Shown: piece after piece, positions 60,024 to 64,000 of the stretch
Layout: each line of letters opens with the position of its first letter
Numbering within the stretch: position 1 is the stretch's first letter
Assembly: GCA_041737175.1 (NCBI GenBank)
Contig: JBGSSF010000033.1
Coordinates: forward strand, 8,849-72,848
Source of the DNA: Bacteroidales bacterium
Lineage (GTDB): Bacteria; Bacteroidota; Bacteroidia; Bacteroidales; UBA10428
Direction: 5' to 3'
DNA length: 64,000 bases
The notes under the pieces: model-generated
Told to the model about the DNA's origin: nothing
Database searches by the model: none
What the model saw: the letters and a program-made list of their open reading frames with translations, nothing else
Program-made: the position numbers and the translations under genes

Positions 60024-61054
60024 CTCGCTACTCTCCCCGATGCATCCCCTCCCATCAGCTTCTCCACTTCCTCCACCGATACGAGGTTAAAATCACCCGG
60101 TATGGTGTGTTTCAGGCAGGAGGCGGCCACCGCGAAATTCAGGGCTTTCTGGTCATCACCCGGGTAAGTAATCAATCCGTAAATCAATCCACCCATGAAT
60201 GAATCACCTCCACCTACGCGGTCCACGATGTGCGTGATGTCATAGGTCGGAGCCTGTAAAAGTCTTTTTCCATCCCACAGCACACCGCTCCAGGTATTGT
60301 GGCTGGCGCTGATTGATCCGCGAAGCGTAATGATCACCTTTTTGGACTTTGGGAACTTTTGCATCAGCTGCCGGCAGACAGATTCATAGGCCGATGCTTC
60401 AACGTGTCCGCCGGTAACATTCCCATGATCCGGTTTAATGCCGAATACCTTCTCCGCATCTTCTTCGTTGCCGAGGATAATGTCACAGCCGGCAACCAGA
60501 TCAGGCATCACTTCAGAAACTTTTTTTCCGTATTTCCAGAGGTTCTTTCTGTAATTCAGATCAGTTGAAACCGTGATCCCCTTTTTGCCGGCAGCCTGAA
60601 TGGCTTCCAGGCATACCTTTGCCGTTCCTTCGGCAATGGCCGGAGTGATACCGGTCCAGTGAAACCAGGAAACGCCGTCAAATGCCATTTCCCAATCGAT
60701 CATTCCCGGCTGAATGGTGGCAATGGAGGAATGTGCACGGTCGTAAATGACTTTGCTGGCCCGGGCCACAGCACCACTCTCGAGGAAGTAAATGCCCAGG
60801 CGTTCGCCGCCATAAGCAATTTTTCCGGTGCCCACGCCATATCTTTTTAATTCCATTACACACGCCTGTGCCAAATCGTTTTGCGGCAGGCGGGTAATAA
60901 AATCCACCGGAATGCCGAAATTGGCCAGAGATACGGCCACGTTGGCCTCACCACCGCCAAACTGGATGTTGAATTGCCGCGATTGGGAGAATCTTTCATA
61001 ACCCGGTGTGGAAAGCCGGAGCATGATCTCACCGAAAGTGATAACCTTGGTCAT
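60020..61054 (-). CDS. kdgK: 2-dehydro-3-deoxygluconokinase (PfkB family)
   Basis: N-terminus VITFGEIMLRLSTPGYERFSQSRQFNIQFGGGEANVAVSLANFG is the KdgK hallmark. C-terminal PfkB motif DRVGGGDSFMGGLIYG. Located upstream of eda. Confidence 0.9.
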   Translation of the reverse strand: MTKVITFGEIMLRLSTPGYERFSQSRQFNIQFGGGEANVAVSLANFGIPVDFITRLPQNDLAQACVMELKRYGVGTGKIAYGGERLGIYFLESGAVARASKVIYDRAHSSIATIQPGMIDWEMAFDGVSWFHWTGITPAIAEGTAKVCLEAIQAAGKKGITVSTDLNYRKNLWKYGKKVSEVMPDLVAGCDIILGNEEDAEKVFGIKPDHGNVTGGHVEASAYESVCRQLMQKFPKSKKVIITLRGSISASHNTWSGVLWDGKRLLQAPTYDITHIVDRVGGGDSFMGGLIYGLITYPGDDQKALNFAVAASCLKHTIPGDFNLVSVEEVEKLMGGDASGRVAR

Positions 61055-61133
61055 TGGTTTGATTTTGAAAACAATGAATAAGCCCTAAAGATAGCATTCC
61101 CGAGACAAACTTACAAACCCAAATCAAACCTCT

Positions 61134-61919
61134 TCATGGAAGAGGCAGTCTGCAGCTGATTCCGAAACTGATGAAATAATCCAGTGCCTCTTCATTCAGT
61201 CCCAATCCGCCGGATGCATCCAGTTGCAGGTTTGGGTTAATTAAAAAGGTAATACCTCCGTCAATCAAATGGGTCGAATTTCCTTTTTCCGGAACTAATC
61301 CGAAAAACTCGATAAATGCTCCTGCTTTTCCGGTTATACTTAAACCCAATGCAACCGAATAAAAATAGGAAGGAACCGGTGTATCGCCGTCCCATTCCGC
61401 TCCAAGGTTATACCCCAATGAAAACCTTTCGGATAATGTATGCGACAGTGAAAAGCGCATATTTGCTGCGGTATGGGATGTCTTAAATGTTTTGTGGGCT
61501 GTAAAGGGCAGTTCCAGACCAGCCAGAAAAGCTACTTCAGGTAATAGGCCTCTCTCATGAGCAACCTGGATTTTAATTCCGGTGTAAAGCGGGCAAAAAC
61601 CATTGGAGGAGGTCTTTGTCTCCATGTTTTTATCCAGGGTTTCTTCACCGGCATATTCAATACCCAGGCGCAGCTCCATATTTTCGAGCAAGCCATACCG
61701 CATGAGGGTGGTATTATAGCTTATATTCTTCTCTCTGGTGAGCGTGTTTTCATCCATAGCATAAACGAATCCCGATTCTATCTGGAGCGATTTCAAAGGA
61801 ACAACAATTGAAGATTCAGTTTGATCGGGTCTGTCGGTTACCATTTCCGTTGCATTCTCCTGTGCTTTAACCTGAAAAAAAGCAAAACCAGACAGAAGGC
61901 AAATCCATAGTGTTTTCAT
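61134..61919 (-). CDS. Outer-membrane beta-barrel protein (MetA/phenol-degradation-like 'transporter' family)
   Basis: The ORF-track start at 61964 is a TTG. The ATG at 61919 gives the signal peptide MKTLWICLLSGFAFFQVKAQ. Alternating amphipathic beta-strand pattern throughout. Last gene of an ABC-2 exporter operon. Confidence 0.55.
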   Translation of the reverse strand: MKTLWICLLSGFAFFQVKAQENATEMVTDRPDQTESSIVVPLKSLQIESGFVYAMDENTLTREKNISYNTTLMRYGLLENMELRLGIEYAGEETLDKNMETKTSSNGFCPLYTGIKIQVAHERGLLPEVAFLAGLELPFTAHKTFKTSHTAANMRFSLSHTLSERFSLGYNLGAEWDGDTPVPSYFYSVALGLSITGKAGAFIEFFGLVPEKGNSTHLIDGGITFLINPNLQLDASGGLGLNEEALDYFISFGISCRLPLP

Positions 61920-61960
61920 ACTGATTAAACAACCGTTATCAGAAAAGTATACAATTTTCT

Positions 61961-63277
61961 TCAACCTTTTAACGCATAACGGATCAGATTGGCAAGTGTT
62001 GGTTTCTGACCCTGCAAAAGGATACCTGTCCGGAAGATCCTCCCGCCGATCCAGACTGACAGAATGGTGAATAAAACCACACCGGCCAGTCCCACGTATG
62101 GCTGCCAGGCGGGTATGGTCACAGGCGTAGCGAGTCTGGCCAGCATCAGCATGGGTGTGAAAGGGGGGAAAAGCGATAACCAGGTGGAAAGACTGCCTGT
62201 GGGATTTTGCATAACCGGAACCATGACGAATAACGGAAGAAGAATCGGCAACATGGCCGGGAACTGCAGGTTCTGGGAATCCTTGTTATCATTGCAGGCA
62301 GAACCCAGGGCTGCCATCCCGGAGCCCGTCATGATTACAGACAGAATGAGGTAAATAAAGAACCAGGGAATCACATGGTACGGTATGGCTGAGTCCATGC
62401 CAATTTGTTTCATGGTGATGACGGAGCCTAAAATATATATGGCAGCTGTTGTAAGCGAAACACTTATACTGCCCAGAATTTTGCCCACCATAAACTGGAA
62501 AGGCGTTATGGATGCAAGAAGCACTTCTGCAATTCTTTCCATTTTCTCCTCCATCACGGCAGTGAGTAATGGCATTGAACCACCCATAACCAGCATAAAC
62601 ATGAGTAAAACCATGAAATAAGGAACCAGGAACGATTCAAGTTCATTTGTTTTTTGTGCATCCTGCACATCACCGGTCCTTTTATCCACCTCCACCAGGC
62701 CCATGCCCTCCACATTGATATAGTAAAACAAATCCCTGGTTTCTTCAGGCGAAAGGTTCATTTCATTGATTCTTAGCTGGCGGATATGATTGTTTACAGG
62801 ATCAGAGAACCAGTACCGTACATCGTCCATAAAAGAATGTTCGGAATAATACCGGATTAATGAGTTTTCAAGGGTACTGTCGGGATGCAGAATCGAAGAT
62901 CCAATCTCAACGAAGGCATGCAGTTCGCCCGACCTGATACGGTTAGACAGATCAAGTCTCAGTTGGAAAGCATTTACAGTATCAGGTTGTATAAAATCCA
63001 GAATATAAGCCGGTTTGACCTTTTCTCCGGTTTCTTTGTCAAAGATCTCATTTTCATTCCTGTACCTGGCTCTTTCTTCGAGGGATTCCCGTATGATTTT
63101 CGAGTGATCTATCACTGCAATTTTTAGATCATCAGTATCAACCTTATTCCTGAAGATCATAAAGGCCGCCATTCCGCCACCCATTAAAACAGGCATCAGC
63201 ACCAGACCCAGAATAAAGCTTTTTGTTTTTACAGCCTCTTTGTATTCGCGGAGGGCTATGATCCATATCTTACGCAT
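61961..63277 (-). CDS. ABC-2 type transporter permease (NatB-like)
   Basis: Start set at the ATG at 63277 (MRKIWIIALREYKEAVKTKSF), overlapping the ATPase stop by 8 nt. N-terminal TM, a ~190-aa extracytoplasmic loop, then 5 C-terminal TM helices. Confidence 0.8.
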   Translation of the reverse strand: MRKIWIIALREYKEAVKTKSFILGLVLMPVLMGGGMAAFMIFRNKVDTDDLKIAVIDHSKIIRESLEERARYRNENEIFDKETGEKVKPAYILDFIQPDTVNAFQLRLDLSNRIRSGELHAFVEIGSSILHPDSTLENSLIRYYSEHSFMDDVRYWFSDPVNNHIRQLRINEMNLSPEETRDLFYYINVEGMGLVEVDKRTGDVQDAQKTNELESFLVPYFMVLLMFMLVMGGSMPLLTAVMEEKMERIAEVLLASITPFQFMVGKILGSISVSLTTAAIYILGSVITMKQIGMDSAIPYHVIPWFFIYLILSVIMTGSGMAALGSACNDNKDSQNLQFPAMLPILLPLFVMVPVMQNPTGSLSTWLSLFPPFTPMLMLARLATPVTIPAWQPYVGLAGVVLFTILSVWIGGRIFRTGILLQGQKPTLANLIRYALKG

Positions 63278-64000
63278 AAAGGTCCTCCTTTCTGTCAGGA
63301 GCTGCAATCCGGATAAATATATCCTGCAATGATGGCCTGGTAACCTCAAACCTGAGCACCCGCGATCTGTTCATAATATCTGTAAGTATGGCTTGAGAAT
63401 CTGCCTTCGGACTTAGCCGCACTTCCTGAACCTGTCCGAAATCATTGATCTTTTCAATACCCTTTATACCATCCAGGGCCTCGGCTCCCAGTTCAGTCCG
63501 GATTCTGATAGTATCATTTCCATAATGATCCTGGATATCCGTCAGCGTGCCATCCAGAACCTTTCGGCCTTTATGGATCATAAAAATGTAATCACACATC
63601 TTTTCAGCCATATTCATATCATGGGTACTGAAAATGATGGTGGCACCGGCCTTCTGCAATTCAAGCAAGGACTCCCTGAGTATCTCGGCATTGACCGGGT
63701 CCAGTCCGCTGAAGGGTTCATCAAGGATAATAATCCCGGGCCTGTCGATTACAGTGGCAATGAACTGCAGTTTTTGTGTCATGCCTTTGCTGAGTGATTC
63801 TACTTTTTTATCCCGCCAAGCTGATAAATCCAGTTTTTTGAGCCAGTAATCAATTTCCTGTCTGATGTTTTTCCCGTTTTTGAGTTCTCCGTGGAACTTT
63901 AAAACATCATAAACCTTCATTTTCTTGTACAATCCTCTTTCTTCAGGCAGATAACCGACATGATCAAGGCGCTGATCCTTTTGTTTTTTGCCAAAGAGAA
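63270..64000 (-). CDS. ABC transporter ATP-binding protein, 5'-truncated by the window edge
   Basis: The frame stays open to base 64000 (LFGKKQKDQRLDHVGYLPEERGLY precedes the Met used by the ORF track). Signature-like LSKGMTQKL, Walker B IIILDEPFSGLD, H-loop FSTHDM. Confidence 0.88.
   Translation of the reverse strand, partial: LFGKKQKDQRLDHVGYLPEERGLYKKMKVYDVLKFHGELKNGKNIRQEIDYWLKKLDLSAWRDKKVESLSKGMTQKLQFIATVIDRPGIIILDEPFSGLDPVNAEILRESLLELQKAGATIIFSTHDMNMAEKMCDYIFMIHKGRKVLDGTLTDIQDHYGNDTIRIRTELGAEALDGIKGIEKINDFGQVQEVRLSPKADSQAILTDIMNRSRVLRFEVTRPSLQDIFIRIAAPDRKEDLYA

Noticed and set aside
1-64000. Scan for tRNA, rRNA, transposase, integrase, phage or toxin-antitoxin genes and for abrupt compositional islands.
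   Set aside because: None was recognised by eye. All sizeable ORFs are accounted for by metabolic, transport or regulatory families. A compositional shift could not be evaluated rigorously without computation (a GC-skew and k-mer scan would be needed).

Overview
The window is a gene-dense chromosomal segment from a member of the Bacteroidota. This is supported by two SusC/SusD pairs, many lipobox lipoproteins, a T9SS C-terminal sorting domain, TAnnTTTG-type promoter motifs and the absence of Shine-Dalgarno sites. I saw no rRNA, tRNA, CRISPR array, transposase, integrase or phage gene.

Gene content in order:
- 1-3228: part of a non-phosphorylative deoxy-hexose-type catabolic cluster (aldo/keto reductase, Zn-ADH, amidohydrolase-2 lactonase, TAT-exported cupin).
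- 4497-21280: a LacI-controlled SusC/SusD operon. Its only cargo is three paralogous ~1100-aa FG-GAP/ASPIC-UnbV lipoproteins plus a small lipoprotein, with no recognisable CAZyme.
- 21307-33245: a second PUL (SusC, SusD, LamG lipoprotein, two GH144-like 'putative glucoamylase' enzymes) followed by a membrane-tethered propeller-sensor/LuxR-HTH regulator.
- 33869-42962: housekeeping and stress genes (CSD protein, OsmC, C-N hydrolase, FtsX-type permease, NtrC/HK pair, MFS, VOC).
- 43135-53287 and 59152-61054: a LacI-headed hexuronate locus with SDR reductase, LarA-like protein, ExuT-like MFS, uxaC, two TAT-exported Gfo/Idh/MocA oxidoreductases, uxaE, and separately kdgK-eda.
- Remaining genes: a T9SS GH5, a TAT-exported AKR with a 2x[4Fe-4S] tail, an ECF sigma/anti-sigma module, and an ABC-2 exporter with an outer-membrane barrel.

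The most unusual signals are non-coding:
- Three short-period tandem arrays (7-nt, 7-nt, 9+7-nt units) each sit exactly at the stop codon of one gene and 30-50 nt before the next co-directional gene.
- A dispersed family of GC-hairpin modules occurs at four loci. One copy is a ~290-bp MITE-like nested palindrome inside a PUL operon, next to a three-way-junction leader with an alternative pairing.

The best candidates for undescribed biology are the CAZyme-free FG-GAP/ASPIC SusCD system and the hexuronate locus variant (LarA-like protein plus two periplasmic Gfo/Idh/MocA enzymes, no uxuA/uxaA/uxaB in the window). All functional calls come from motif-level reading of the translations. No database search was run.
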